A DNA stretch of 62,940 nucleotides, counting the filler, from Reclinomonas americana ATCC 50394 (taxonomy: Eukaryota): assembly GCA_048213135.1 (NCBI GenBank). It is 8 parts of 4 records of this genome, joined end to end, with 100 filler letters (N's around TTAATTAATTAA, not from the genome) between each part and the next. Parts side by side here need not be neighbours in the genome. Positions count along the whole stretch, not along the records: positions 12,420 to 25,497 come from PS015149.1; positions 25,598 to 36,383 come from PS015150.1; positions 36,484 to 47,763 come from PS015150.1; 5 more parts are not named here. One strand, written 5' to 3'. Within the stretch, counting starts at the first letter, position 1; each line of letters starts with the position of its first letter. Made by a program: the position numbers and the translations under genes. Shown piece after piece: positions 24,951 to 39,804 of this stretch. The notes beneath the pieces were generated by a model. The model made no database searches. It was not told the DNA's origin and saw only the letters and a program-made list of their open reading frames with translations.

Positions 24951-25656
24951 GTGAGGAGGATGAGGGAAAAGGGCGGAGGGCGGAGGGAGGTCTCTCAGCA
25001 CAGTGCCGTTGCTGCTCTCGTGAGGGAATGGGGGTAAAGCAGGAGAAGGAGGAGAAGCAGATTATAGAAAAGCAAGGGGCGATAGACTAAACAGCGGAAA
25101 GCAAAGTACAGAGCACTCAAGACGATCGCACGACAGCAGCTATAGATAGGAGGAGCACACAACGCTGTGCGTGCCCTCTCTTTCCTTCTCCTCATGCTCT
25201 CATGGAGATAGAGAGAAAGATCAGAAGACAACGGTGAAGTATAGCTTGCAACCGTGAGGGATACAGAGAAGCAATGGAAACAATAAGAAAGAGAAGAACG
25301 AAGTGGGGCAGAAGGGAGCAGAAGGAGCGAGTGAGGTTCTCGCATTTTCGTCGTTTCAGTCTCCCGAGTCCCGTTTCCCAGTTCGTTCTCTCTTCTTTAC
25401 TCTCTTGCTCTTCCCCGCATTCACTCTTCCCCGTTGGCTCTCTTCGTTCTCCTTTCCCTTTTATTCCCCCTTTTCCTTCCCCCTTCACCTTCCCTTCNNN
25501 NNNNNNNNNNNNNNNNNNNNNNNNNNNNNNNNNNNNNNNNNTTAATTAATTAANNNNNNNNNNNNNNNNNNNNNNNNNNNNNNNNNNNNNNNNNNNNAGG
25601 GGATGAGTGAGTGAGGCGAGGGAAGAAGGATTGCAAAGGAGACAACACTGACGCAC

Positions 25657-28387
<2,731 letters not shown>

Positions 28388-29032
28388 CTTTTTTGTAACG
28401 AATCATTTTTTCAACTATGTGCAACAAAGAACGCATGTGCGTGCGTGTGTGTGTTAAAAAAGAGAGAGTGCATGTGATCAGAGTGTGTGTGTGTGCGAGA
28501 GAGAGAGCTGGTATGCGGAAAAGGTGCGCACATGGACATTTCGCACTGTGTTTTTTGTTTCTCTCACTCTCTCACACATTACTTTTTTTGTTCAACACTG
28601 CGATTGTTCTGTGTGAAACAGAGAGCTGGGCTTACCAGTTGAACGACTGGACGGAGAAGCATGGCGTTTGTGGCAAGGTGCCAAAAAGTAACTGGCGGAC
28701 AAATGCGTCCTGTGCGCATTTGTTTGTTATGTTGTGGAATGAAGCACGCCCAACGCCGGTCAAGCAAACAAGACAACGCGTTCCTCCTCTTTGCGTCCAC
28801 ACTCTCCGCGCGCGCGAATTTTTTTGTCAGATGCACTTTCTTGAAACGGTCACTTCTTGCTTGCAGCTGCTCGTGTGCGCGTGATGCGTCGAGAAAGCGC
28901 ACCTCGTCTTCCTTCCCCCAACACACATGTGAGCTCCTTCTCTTTTCCTTCAGTGTGCGAGTGAGAATATGCAAAGATGCGGAGATTCCGACGTCGACGC
29001 TTTCTACCGGGCGGCGTCGCGCGCTTCATTAC

Positions 29033-31907
29033 TCAGCGTTCTTGTGTGAGGAGGACAATGGCGGCGATGAGACCGAGGACCACGAATTTGATCTTGGGGT
29101 TCTCGTTCAGCAGGATCGTCAGCTTGCCGATGAAGGGTACGTAGCTGCAAGGCGAGTGAGTGAGTGAGGATACAGAAGAAGAGCGAGGCGACTCGGGTGG
29201 AGAGACGCAACGCTCGCACAGTGCCGATGACGTTCGAGTCGTCCAGCCACAGCTGGTTGCGACCGTACAACTCGCGGTCGTCGAACTTGTTCCAGTCGCC
29301 CTTGGTCAGCAGCTTGACATTGCCGTCGGCGCTGGTGGGGGAGAGAGGGAATTGAGGGTAAGGGAGAGGGAGAGGGAGAGGGAGAGGGGAGAGGGACAGG
29401 GAGAGGGAGAGGGAGAGGGAGAGGGAGAGGGAGAGGGAGAGGGAGAGGGAGACGAAGAGGAGAGAGGNNNNNNNNNNNNNNNNNNNNNNNNNNNNNNNNN
29501 NNNNNNNNNNNNNNNNNNNNNNNNNNNNNNNNNNNNNNNNNNNNNNNNNNNNNNNNNNNNNNNNNNNNNNNNNNNNNNNNNNNNNNNNNNNNNNNNNNNN
29601 NNNNNNNNNNNNNNNNNNNNNNNNNNNNNNNNNNNNNNNNNNNNNNNNNNNNNNNNNNNNNNNNNNNNNNNNNNNNNNNNNNNNNNNNNNNNNNNNNNNN
29701 NNNNNNNNNNNNNNNNNNNNNNNNNNNNNNNNNNNNNNNNNNNNNNNNNNNNNNNNNNNNNNNNNNNNNNNNNNNNNNNNNNNNNNNNNNNNNNNNNNNN
29801 NNNNNNNNNNNNNNNNNNNNNNNNNNNNNNNNNNNNNNNNNNNNNNNNNNNNNNNNNNNNNNNNNNNNNNNNNNNNNNNNNNNNNNNNNNNNNNNNNNNN
29901 NNNNNNNNNNNNNNNNNNNNNNNNNNNNNNNNNNNNNNNNNNNNNNNNNNNNNNNNNNNNNNNNNNNNNNNNNNNNNNNNNNNNNNNNNNNNNNNNNNNN
30001 NNNNNNNNNNNNNNNNNNNNNNNNNNNNNNNNNNNNNNNNNNNNNNNNNNNNNNNNNNNNNNNNNNNNNNNNNNNNNNNNNNNNNNNNNNNNNNNNNNNN
30101 NNNNNNNNNNNNNNCACAAAGAGAGAGGGAGAGAGAGAGATAACAGGTGGGAGACTGATTTCTTCAGTGACGCGCCCCTGGGGGATGTACAACCCAGAGT
30201 TGCCATCCCTTTCTTCCCTCTCTCGCTGTGCTCAGTCGCCTGTCACTCATACATTCGCGTGCCTGCAATCTCAACTTTCTCTCTCGCATGAGAATACGCA
30301 GCACTCCAACACAGAACCATCTTCTCTTCAACAACACTCTCCTCATTCGGTTCGTCTTCAAACACTCTGCAACTGCGCCGTTCGTGCATAACTACTCCTT
30401 CAACTCTGCGTGCATGGAATCCCAAACACGTTTTTGTCAAGCTATGTGTCTCGCCTCTCCCCCTCTCGCAATTGAGTTGTGATTGCCACAGTCTGCTTGC
30501 ATCTCTCTCCCCATACTCGTATCCAAACTCGGTGCCCCTTCAACAAACGCATCGTTTCCTCCCCCCTCTTTGTATTTGTGTTCGCCACACTATGTGCCTC
30601 ACTCTCTCCGTGTCCGTGCCCAAACTCCAACATCGCCTTGTGCATGGAATCACACGATTTCCCTCCCCCGCTCGTTATGTGCCACAGTTTATGTTTCTCA
30701 CTCTCTGCCTTGTCTTCTGTGCACCCTCAGCAACACACCAACATCGTCTTGTTCCTGCAAACTCGACTTCTCGCTCTCAGTTTGTCTCCCTCTCGTTGTG
30801 CGCTTGCGTTCGTCACAGTGTCTGCCTCATCTCGCATTGCTCCAACCTCTCTTTCTGCCCAACACCAGTGTGCACCTTCAGCGACACAAAACATCGTCAT
30901 GCGCCTGCAATCTCAAGACCAAACACGCTCTCTCTGACACTCTTCATCTCATTGTGTGCTTGCGTTCGTCACAGTGTGTCTGCCTCATTCTCTCATTGCG
31001 CTGCCTCTCTCTCACCCCAACGGTATCCATCACCTGCGTGCACCCGTCATGTGCCTGCAGTCTCGTTCTCTCGCCCAAACACGCTCTCTCTCTCACTCAC
31101 TCGCACGCACGCAAGAATGCAAGACTGCAAAACACACCAAGCCCCTCCATACACGCAGGAGCACCTCATCCTTCTCCTCCTTCTCACCTCGTATGCACAC
31201 GAATAATACGATGCACAATCGGTATATCCCTCCCATCCAACTTGAACACAATGATATCGCCGACCTGATACCCATTCGCCTCCCCGTCCTTCAAGTACTC
31301 GCTCGAGTGCGTCGCCCGTCGCGCCTTGGCATGCGTCAGAAGCAGCAAGTCACCGCGCTGAAACGCCGGTTCCATCGACCCAGAGAGCACAACCACCACG
31401 GGTGAGTCACTCCCACTGACGACCACCAGAGCCTTCCACACGGCCAGCGCAGAGCACACAACCATGGCCAGTTGAAGCACTTGGAGAAGAACCTGGGTGG
31501 ACGGAGATGAAAAAGAAGGGGGTGAGAACAAGAAGAGAGAGGGGAGAGGGAGAGAGGGAGGGAGAGGAGGAGGGAGGGAGGGAGAGAGTGTGTGTGCGCG
31601 AGTGAGAGAGAATACGCTTTCGCCTCATAGTCCCTTGCACTTTGCAGCCTCTCTCTCTCCCACACACACACATTGCAGAGTGCACAAGTGACAAGTGCCA
31701 CTTTTCAAGTCTCTCTCATGACTGCTGCAATGCAACTCACACAAGACGAGTGACAAGTGTCACTTTCACGAGTGGAGATGGCCATGTGACAACACAAACG
31801 CACTCTCTCTTCTGCAACCAAACCTCGCGCACTGGCATGTTTACAATGTCGCCCACCAGTGGCAACTTGCGCAAGAAGCCGCCACCATCCTTGTGCGCGG
31901 GTTTCAT
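29033..31907 (-). CDS. SEC11: Signal peptidase complex catalytic subunit
   Basis: SPVVVVLSGSMEPAFQRGDLL (catalytic Ser), IPIVHRI (His), LLTKGDWNKFDDRELY, YVPFIGKLTILLNENPKIKFVVLG. Confidence 0.95.
30530..31100. repeat. Degenerate tandem repeat in SEC11 intron
   Basis: ttgtg.gcttgcgttcgtcacagtgt...tgcctcat at ~30797 and ~30952; aacatcg[t/c]c motif repeated. Confidence 0.65.
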
Positions 31908-32355
31908 GGTGTGAGTCGATACGTACGCGGGACGCCGGGACTGTCCACTGCACAAACGTCGGCCTTCTGTTCCTTGCCGCTGAGATGTCTCCGTGTCTGG
32001 TGCGTGGCTCACGGAGGAGTCGGCAATCGCAATGCAGCTGTGTGTGCTATCAACGACGGATTCAGCTTCTCAAGAAGAAACGAAATTTCGCACCCAAATT
32101 TCCGCGCGTTTCTTTGTTTTGTTTTCTGCGACAAGTCCATCTCTCTTACACAGTTGCGTCTCTCTCTCTCTCTTTCTCTCTCTCACACACTCCCTCTCCA
32201 CTCTCACTCTTGCTCACGTGACACTTGACCGAACTCTTCGCGCGCTCACAATGCATGATTCACCCCGCACATTTTATGCGTGACACTCTCTCACTCTCGC
32301 ACTCACACACTGACACACACATACACACAGAGAGAGCGCGCACGCACGAGCGTGA

Positions 32356-35300
32356 ATGGACGTCATCAGCATGCAAAGCGCACCTGAGCGCGCCTGGCTT
32401 CTCGTCTCTCCACTGCTGCAACAGGGGACTTCAATTGGGACCACGCATGCGCCGACTGCAGCAGTGCTGCGTCCGGGAACCTCAGTGGAGACGCTTGTGT
32501 CGGCGCGAAAAGTCGCGGAATGTGTGCCTGCGTTGTTGTATGTGCGCGCGCGGGAGTCGCACCCAATCGAGTTCCGCTTTGGTGCTGAGTCACACTGGGC
32601 CACACTGGGAGTCGTCTGTGCGGATTCCACAGAGTGTATGCATGCTGTGTCGGTGAGTTGTGTGTTGTGAGTGAGAGTGTGAGAAATTCCGTGCATTTCA
32701 GGCAAACTGATTGTCTTGTACTTTCCGAGGCATGTGTTTCGTTTCTCTCTGTTTGTGTCTTGTGTGTCTTGTCTGTGAGCTTTGAGGCTCTTCTCTCTTT
32801 TCTCTCTCTCTCTCTCTCTCTCATGTGTGGTTCAGTCGAAATGGTTGGTTTGTCAGGAGGGCCCTCCTTGTCTGTCATGTTTGTCGTGCCCTCTACGCAT
32901 GTACGTCTGTCTGTCTGATGTGTCTCGTTTGAGTGCCGGCTACTTGCCAGGCTGGTTGCGCGCTTGTGCGTGGAGTCGCGAGATTGCAGTTGGCTCTTTT
33001 TTTGTGGTTTTATTGTTCCGAGTGCGGTCCCTCTCTGTATCCTCTTTGTGTGTCATGTTTGTCGTGCTCTCTACGCATGTACGTCTGTCTGTCTGATGTG
33101 TCTCGTTTGAGTGCCAGCTGCTTGCCAGGCTGGTTGCGCGCTTGTGCGTGGATTCGCGAGGTTGCAGTTGACTCTTTTTTTGTGGTTTTATTGTTCCGCG
33201 TGCGGTCCCTCCCTGTATCCTCTTTGTTTGTCATGTTTGTCGTGCTCTCTGCATGCGTGCGTGCGTCTATCTTCTTTCCCTTGGTTGCGTGCCAGCTGCT
33301 TGCCAGGCTGGTTGCACGCTGTGCGTAGTCGCGAGGTTGCAGTTGGGTGTTATTGTTCCGCGTGCGGTCCCTCTCTGTATCCTCGTGTTCTGGCATGTTT
33401 GTCGTGCTCTCAGCATGCGTGCATCTGTCTTCTCTGCCTTGCTTACCCGCGTGCGTGTGTCTGTGCGTGGAGTCCTGAGGTTGCAGTTGGCTGTTTTGTG
33501 ATATATTGTTCCGCATCTCTTTATTGTCTTGGTCTGTCTTGGTTTGTCGTGCGTGTCGATGTTCGAGGTGTGTCTTTTCATTGCTTTCAATCTCGTGCCT
33601 GCTGCTCTCTGGAGGAAGCGTTTGTTGCAGTTGGCTTCTCATAATATTGTTCCGTGCGCGGCCTCTCCGTATCCTCGATTTTATCATATTCCACCATTTT
33701 CCGCCCTCGTCTTTTTTTTCCTCTCAATCTCTCTACTCCTTCATCGTCCTTCTCTCTCTTTCCCTTGCCCTCTCTCTCTCTTTTCCTTTTCGTCTTTCGT
33801 CTGCCTGATTGCCTTGTTCAATATATGCTTTTGTCCCGACCCATGCCACAGAGTTCCATTCGCCCCGTGGGTCGTCCACACCTGACGGACTCGAAGCTGC
33901 AAGTGATGCTGCAAGGCCTTGGAGATGCCGCCGCCAGCTGCCTCTGCTGTCTGCTTTGTCAGGAGATCAGCGGCGTCATATGGCGGTCTCGCCGCTTTGT
34001 CCGCGTCGTTTGTTGCGTTTCTGTAATCATACTTGTTGCTGTTTGACATTCTCGCTCATTTTTTCTGCTCCTTGTCGCCGCAGTGACCAACCACAAACCA
34101 CTACCAGTGGCACCCTCCGTGATGCCCGTGGAGCCGATGCAGTCGCCGGGAACACCACGAAATTCGAGTTGCGCGCAATCTCGAATCTCGATCTGCCCTC
34201 CTGCTCTCTCATGGCCCCTCCTCCCTCCACAGCCACCGCAAGTGCCGACAAGACCTCGCCGAATGCCGTCCTGCTCACCTCCCCCTCGGCGATGCGGCGT
34301 GCGGAGCCAGCCGGTCCCGACACGATGCAGCAGGCGCCGCCGCTGCTGCGCGTGCTCTTTGAGCGGCTCCTGGCCGTGTGCTCGTTTTTCGACGTGCCGA
34401 GTGTGCCGCAATTGGCCGCCACGCATCTCCTCCACCTCAGCATCACGGCGCGCGACTACGACGTGCTCGAAATGATGTACGACCACGACGAGCACCCCAC
34501 GCACGGTTTCTCGTTCTCCGAGGCGCTGCTCGATTCGCGTGTCTCCGGCCTCGGCTTCTGCCCGCTGACGCTGGCAGCCGTGTACGTGCCTGCAGTATTT
34601 GTGCAACTCTTGCGACCCGGCGGTATCGCCACTCTCCTCTCGGCCTCTCAGTTGGCCTCGGTGAGCGACTCGGCCGGCAATAATCTGCTCCACTCACTTC
34701 TCTCCGACCCGCGCGGATGTGAGCTGGAGGCCGTGCGACTGTTGTTGTGCACCGTGCGTAACGCAGAGTGGGATGTGTTTGTTGTCCATGTGAGTTTCTC
34801 TCCCCGCAACTCACTTGTTGTGTGCAGTTCTCCGACGAGTGCGATCGTGATGGCCTTGTGCGGCTCTTGACAGCCGAGAATGACCTTGGCCTCACGCCGC
34901 TGGCAGTCGCCTCCGCCCGCCTACCTTTCGAGTCGTTCCGCGACTCGCTGCAACTCATCATGTCGGTCGACAGTGAGATTGGCACCTCGGTCGCGCTGTC
35001 CCCTGCTGTTGCGTGCTGGCGAGAAAATATTGCGCTGTGAGTGTGCTTCAGCCTGATTCACATGTTCTCTCTCTCGTTCTCTCAGCGTCTCTACGAATGT
35101 TTACTGGAGGCGTACGGTCACCGCAACTACGCCAACACTGCGCTCCTTTTGTGCTTGGCGCACAATTTGAAATCGCCCGACAGTGCAGCCTTGGCCTTCT
35201 TGGAGGAGGAACTGATGGCGCGAGCCGACGAATTCTGCGGCGTCATGTTTGCGGAGCGCCGGCAACGCTGCAGCAAAGTGTTGATGCATATTCGTGAGAA

Positions 35301-36365
35301 TTGTTGCGTCCAGTGCATTTGACTTACGCGGTCTTCTCTCCTCCCTCTACCCTCTTTCTCTTCCCCCTCTTTCTCATTCTTTTTCCCTTTTTCTTCCCCT
35401 TTTTCTTCCCCTTTTTCTTCCCCCTTTTTCATCCCCTTTCTCTCCCTCTCTTTCCCCTCCCCGTTTTTCTTCCCCCTCTCACTTTCCCCCTCCTTCCACT
35501 CCTTCCCTCCTTCCCGTTCTCCTTCCCCCTCTTTCCCCCTCTTTCTCATTCTTTTCCCTTTTTCTTCCCCTTTCTCTTCCCGTTCTCCTCCCCCTCTTTC
35601 CCCCTCTTTCCCCCTCCTTCCCCCCTCCTTCCCCTTTCTCCCCCCTCCTTTCCCCTCCTTCCCCCCTTTCCCCCTTCTACCTCTACTCCCTTCTCCTTCT
35701 CACCCCCTCCCCAGTCCCGACCATTCAACAACGCTTCGAGGCGCTGGCCCGCGAGATGCCACCCTCGCGCCACGTGCCCTCCCGCGAACTTGTCCAGTTT
35801 GCACAATCCTCCGTCATGTACGTGGCGCTGGTGCCGTACCAGCAGCTGCGGTCGGAGGTGCAACAGTTGATTGCTTCAGATGCGGCGTATGCCAACGCCG
35901 TACCTGTGCCACCTCAGCGTGGTGGTACCAAGCGCTCCCAACGACGGCGATGCCCGACACCGCAAGGTACTTTCCTCCTTTATGCAATTGTTGTCTCCCC
36001 CCCCCCCCCCAGTCCTTGCCCTCAAACACGTGGCACACGCAGCGGCGGCAATGCAGCTGCAATTCGAGTGTTTGAGTTCGCCGGCCGTCTCCAAACACTG
36101 GACGCACGTGCCGCGCAGCATATGGCGTCTGATCGCCACCTACTTTTCGCTCGCCGACATGTCGACATTGTGGCGAGTTTCCTCGGACTGGGCACGCATG
36201 CTGGAGAACAGCATACTGGTGGTCGACCGCAGTGCGCGACCGGCGCCCTCGCCGGCCGATTTGCTGCGCGTTGGCGTCATGAGTCAAATGATGGTGCTCG
36301 ACTTGTCGGCAATCGGCGTCGAAGGTGCAAGTCCGATTCGTGACGAGGGAGCCATGGCGCTGGAG
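32356..36365 (+). CDS. Large spliced protein with ankyrin-like repeats, an F-box-like motif and the start of an LRR-like region; 3'-partial
   Basis: Ankyrin-like GFCPLTLAA, DSAGNNLLHSL..AVRLLL, ENDLGLTPLAVA. F-box-like WTHVPRSIWRLIATYFSLADMSTLWRVSSDW (36099-36192), then LDLSAI...IRDEGAMALE. That all exons belong to one gene is inferred. Confidence 0.6.
32870..33670. repeat. ~178-bp tandem repeat, decaying 3'-ward, in intron 32653-33851
   Basis: tgtcatgtttgtcgtgc.ctct at ~32873, ~33051 and ~33229; cttgccaggctggttgc repeated. Confidence 0.9.
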
Positions 36366-36543
36366 GTTTGTCCTTTATACCCANNNNNNNNNNNNNNNNN
36401 NNNNNNNNNNNNNNNNNNNNNNNNNNNTTAATTAATTAANNNNNNNNNNNNNNNNNNNNNNNNNNNNNNNNNNNNNNNNNNNNCGGGCTCGGCAAACCTG
36501 ACGGCCTCTGCGAGTGCTGAACGCTGTCACTCCACGCGCACAG

Positions 36544-39500
36544 TCTCACTTCACAGTGTCAATCCGTTTGTTGTGCAATTGGCTGTGCGCAACTTTGGCA
36601 TTCGCAAGTGCCTGCGCACGTTTGAGTTTGTGCCACGCGATCGCGATGAGCACGGGAATGGTGTGTGTGTTTACGTGCATCTGTTGAAGTTGGTCTCCCG
36701 CCACCCACACGTTATTCTTGCCCCCCTGCAAGTGGGTGTGTACCAGCGCAATGCAGCCGGCGACCATGTGCCCGATGATCACCCGTGGACATTTGTGCGA
36801 CTCGGATCGCCAGACAGGCACTTGGAGGTGGCCAGCGAGACACTGCGTATCAGCGCAGGTGGCGGATCGCAGTACATTGTGGCGTACTCTCTGGGATGTA
36901 CAGCGTTGCCGACGGCCGAGGAGGCGGCGAGTGCTGGCGGTAAGGAGTGGGGCGCCGAGACGACGAACAACAACTGTCGGGTGCTGATCGATGGGCACCA
37001 GGTGTTTGGCACATACTATGAGGTGCGTTGCAAGTCGGGGTGTTGTTGTTGGGATTCGTGTCAGTGATATGACCTGAGTCGGTGTGCAGGCGCTGTCTCG
37101 TGCCAAACGCAGTGTGTCCATTCTGGGCTGGGAACTGTCGTTCAAGTTTGGCCTCGTGTACGCGCCCCTTCCACACCACCGACCTCACCTGCGTCAGCCG
37201 CACCACCATCATTGCCAGCCACAACCACAAAGGGAAGGAGGGGAGACAGAGTCGAGCACGGCGACGACCATGTTGACGACAGCGCAGTTTTCGGCCTTTG
37301 TTGGTGAACGTGGTGATTGGCTGTGGATTACCCTTGAGGTGAGATTCTTTGTCTGGAGCACGCTTTGTGTGCTCTAGCTGAGCGTCGGCGACAGGACGTA
37401 TTGCTGGAGTGTGCGAGTCGTGGAGTCAGGATACGAGTGGTAGTGTGGAGGCACGAGTGGTTTTCTTTCACGCAGCGCTTTACGCATTTAGGAGCTGTGT
37501 CGCTGGAGGCGGAGGTGGAGGTGAGCAGGGAATACGAAGCCAGCAGAAAGAGAGTGAGGATGCTCATCTTGGAGTCTGCAGAGTTTGCGACGGCGTGCTT
37601 CCGCGCGAGGCATCATTGTTCGAGTTTACCACGCACAATCCAACCTTGTGCGTCTTCGCTGGCTCGACCGATTTTCCGGGTTCTTGTGCTCACTCTCTCA
37701 TTCTCTCACAGCCAGACGCCAGTAGTGCCCACGCCGATCCGTTCGCAACGGACTGGGCGGATGGTGCGCACATTGTCATTGTGATGGCCAGCAATCCTGG
37801 TGGTGTGTACCTCCCTCTTCTCTCTCGGTGTTGCGAGCCGCTGACTGCTCTTTCGGCAGGCCTGGTGAGTTGTCATCACGAAAAGCTGGTGTTGGTGGAT
37901 GCCGACGACGCCACGGCGAGTGTGGCATTCATGGGAGTTGTGTCAGAATGTGGCTGGAGTGCGTGCCTGCGTTGCGGAAAGACACTGACGTGGTACGGGG
38001 CAGGGATTTGACATGGCCCGTGCACGTTTCGACTTGCCGCTGCATCAGCCACCGTGGGGATTGCAGGCGGAACTGTTGGACGTCTTGAAAGGAAGTTCAA
38101 GTGGCAGCAGCAACGACACGGGGCACGACAGAGCACGTCACGCGGCGGGGCGAGCTGGCCTGCCTCCTTCGCGGTTCCTGTGGCACGACTTGCAGGCATG
38201 CTCCTTTGCTCGCAGTCCTGTTTTTTCCGTCGGCCACTCATGGCGGCTGTGCGTGCGCAGCTGTGTTTCACGGGCGACATTGTCCGTCACCTGTGGTTGC
38301 ACTTTGCGCAGCGGTGGTCACACGCGTTCACATGCAATGCTGTGCACTCGCGAAGAATTACCCTGCCGCCTATCGCTGATGTTGCATGCGCACCTCAAAC
38401 ACCACCGGAGCCCACTGCCGGCTGGTTCGACTCGGTTGGTGTGGTTGCCGAGCAGTGTCGAATTCAAGTGCGTCGATCGTGGCAGCGAGTATTCAACAGG
38501 TGGCGCTGTTGTCGGGCCCGAGGCCGTTGCTCCGCTGCCTCACTCACTGGTCTCGTACAGTGATGTGCTGGTGAGCGAGTTTTGTCGTGTGCTGTCGGCG
38601 GCTGAGCGGTTGGTGTACATCGAGCATCAGTATCCTGTGCGTTGCTGCGCGGCCGATGTATATTTGTCGCCTTGTGTATCTGACTTTGGTGCAGTTTCAC
38701 AACGCAGCCATGACGCACTGTATGCGAGAGGCGCTGCAGCGAGTGCCCGAGTTGCGCCTGCTCGTCATCACCAATGTTGCCACCGATCTTCCAAGCGGCG
38801 TGCTGGGTACACTGCTCGACATGAATCAGGATCACAGTTGCGTGTTGCGTGTCGTATCACCTGGTGGTTGGCACTCGTTGATGTGTTGACCGCACACCAC
38901 CGTCCGCATGCACACAGTCAACGCGCATCTGTGGTCACTGCACGATGTGGCTCCGAGTCGTGTCGTTGTCTGCTGTCTGGCCCAACAAGCATCGCCGCAG
39001 TCTCATTGTTGCGGGTTGCTCCGACTCCTTTTCGAAGACACTCGTCTCCTTTATTGTTGACTTTCGCGCCGCAGTGACCTCCATCTATGTGCACTCCAAG
39101 TTGTGCATCGTCGACGATCGCGTCATGCTCACGGGCTCAGCCAACATGGACAACATGAGTTCGTACCGCTCCACCGAGCTGCTGGCGACCATTAACCACG
39201 CAGCTCTCGCACGCGATACACGAATGCGCCTGCTCTGCGAACACCTCGGTGCCCACTACGACGATGCCTTGATGGCAGACGATGCGCTGCTGGTGGATAC
39301 GTGTCGACAGCTCGGCACGGACAACTTGGCGAGCGTGGAGCGCGAACGAGCGGGAGCAGCGGTACACGGGAAAGGAACGGGTGTCAGCTCGCGCTTGCTG
39401 CCCATGGTGCCCGCCGACGCACACCGGCGGACGTTGGATGCCCTCTCCCGAGTGTCGACGCTGGAGAAGGTGCTGGCGCGCTTGGGACTGGATAATGCCA

Positions 39501-39583
39501 AGGCGCTGCACACGACGATTGTGCAGGACTCGCGGTCGATGTTCCCAGAGCCGGCCAGGGCATTTCTGCCGGCTGCCTTGTGA
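36544..39583 (+). CDS. Phospholipase D (two HKD motifs), 5'-partial
   Basis: VLIDG...ALSRAKRSVSILGWEL, ASRGVRIRVVVW, CHHEKLVLVD...AFMG|GFDMARARFD, WHDLQ, AAERLVYIEHQY, IYVHSKLCIVDDRVMLTGSAN. Confidence 0.93.
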
Positions 39584-39804
39584 GGGTCGACGATTGAAGA
39601 AGGTGCTGGTGGTGTTATTGCATGCCTTGGCACGCGAAGTCAAAAGCGATTGCGAAAGTGAGCTGCAGAAAGCAGGCCATCGACACGCAGGTAGTATTCA
39701 GGCTGTCAGGGTGTGGCCACGCGCTGCCGAATCGAGCCGCCACAGTTGTCGACGAACAACTTCACGTGTCCGCCTTTCATATCACTTTCTTTCTCAGAGA
39801 GATC

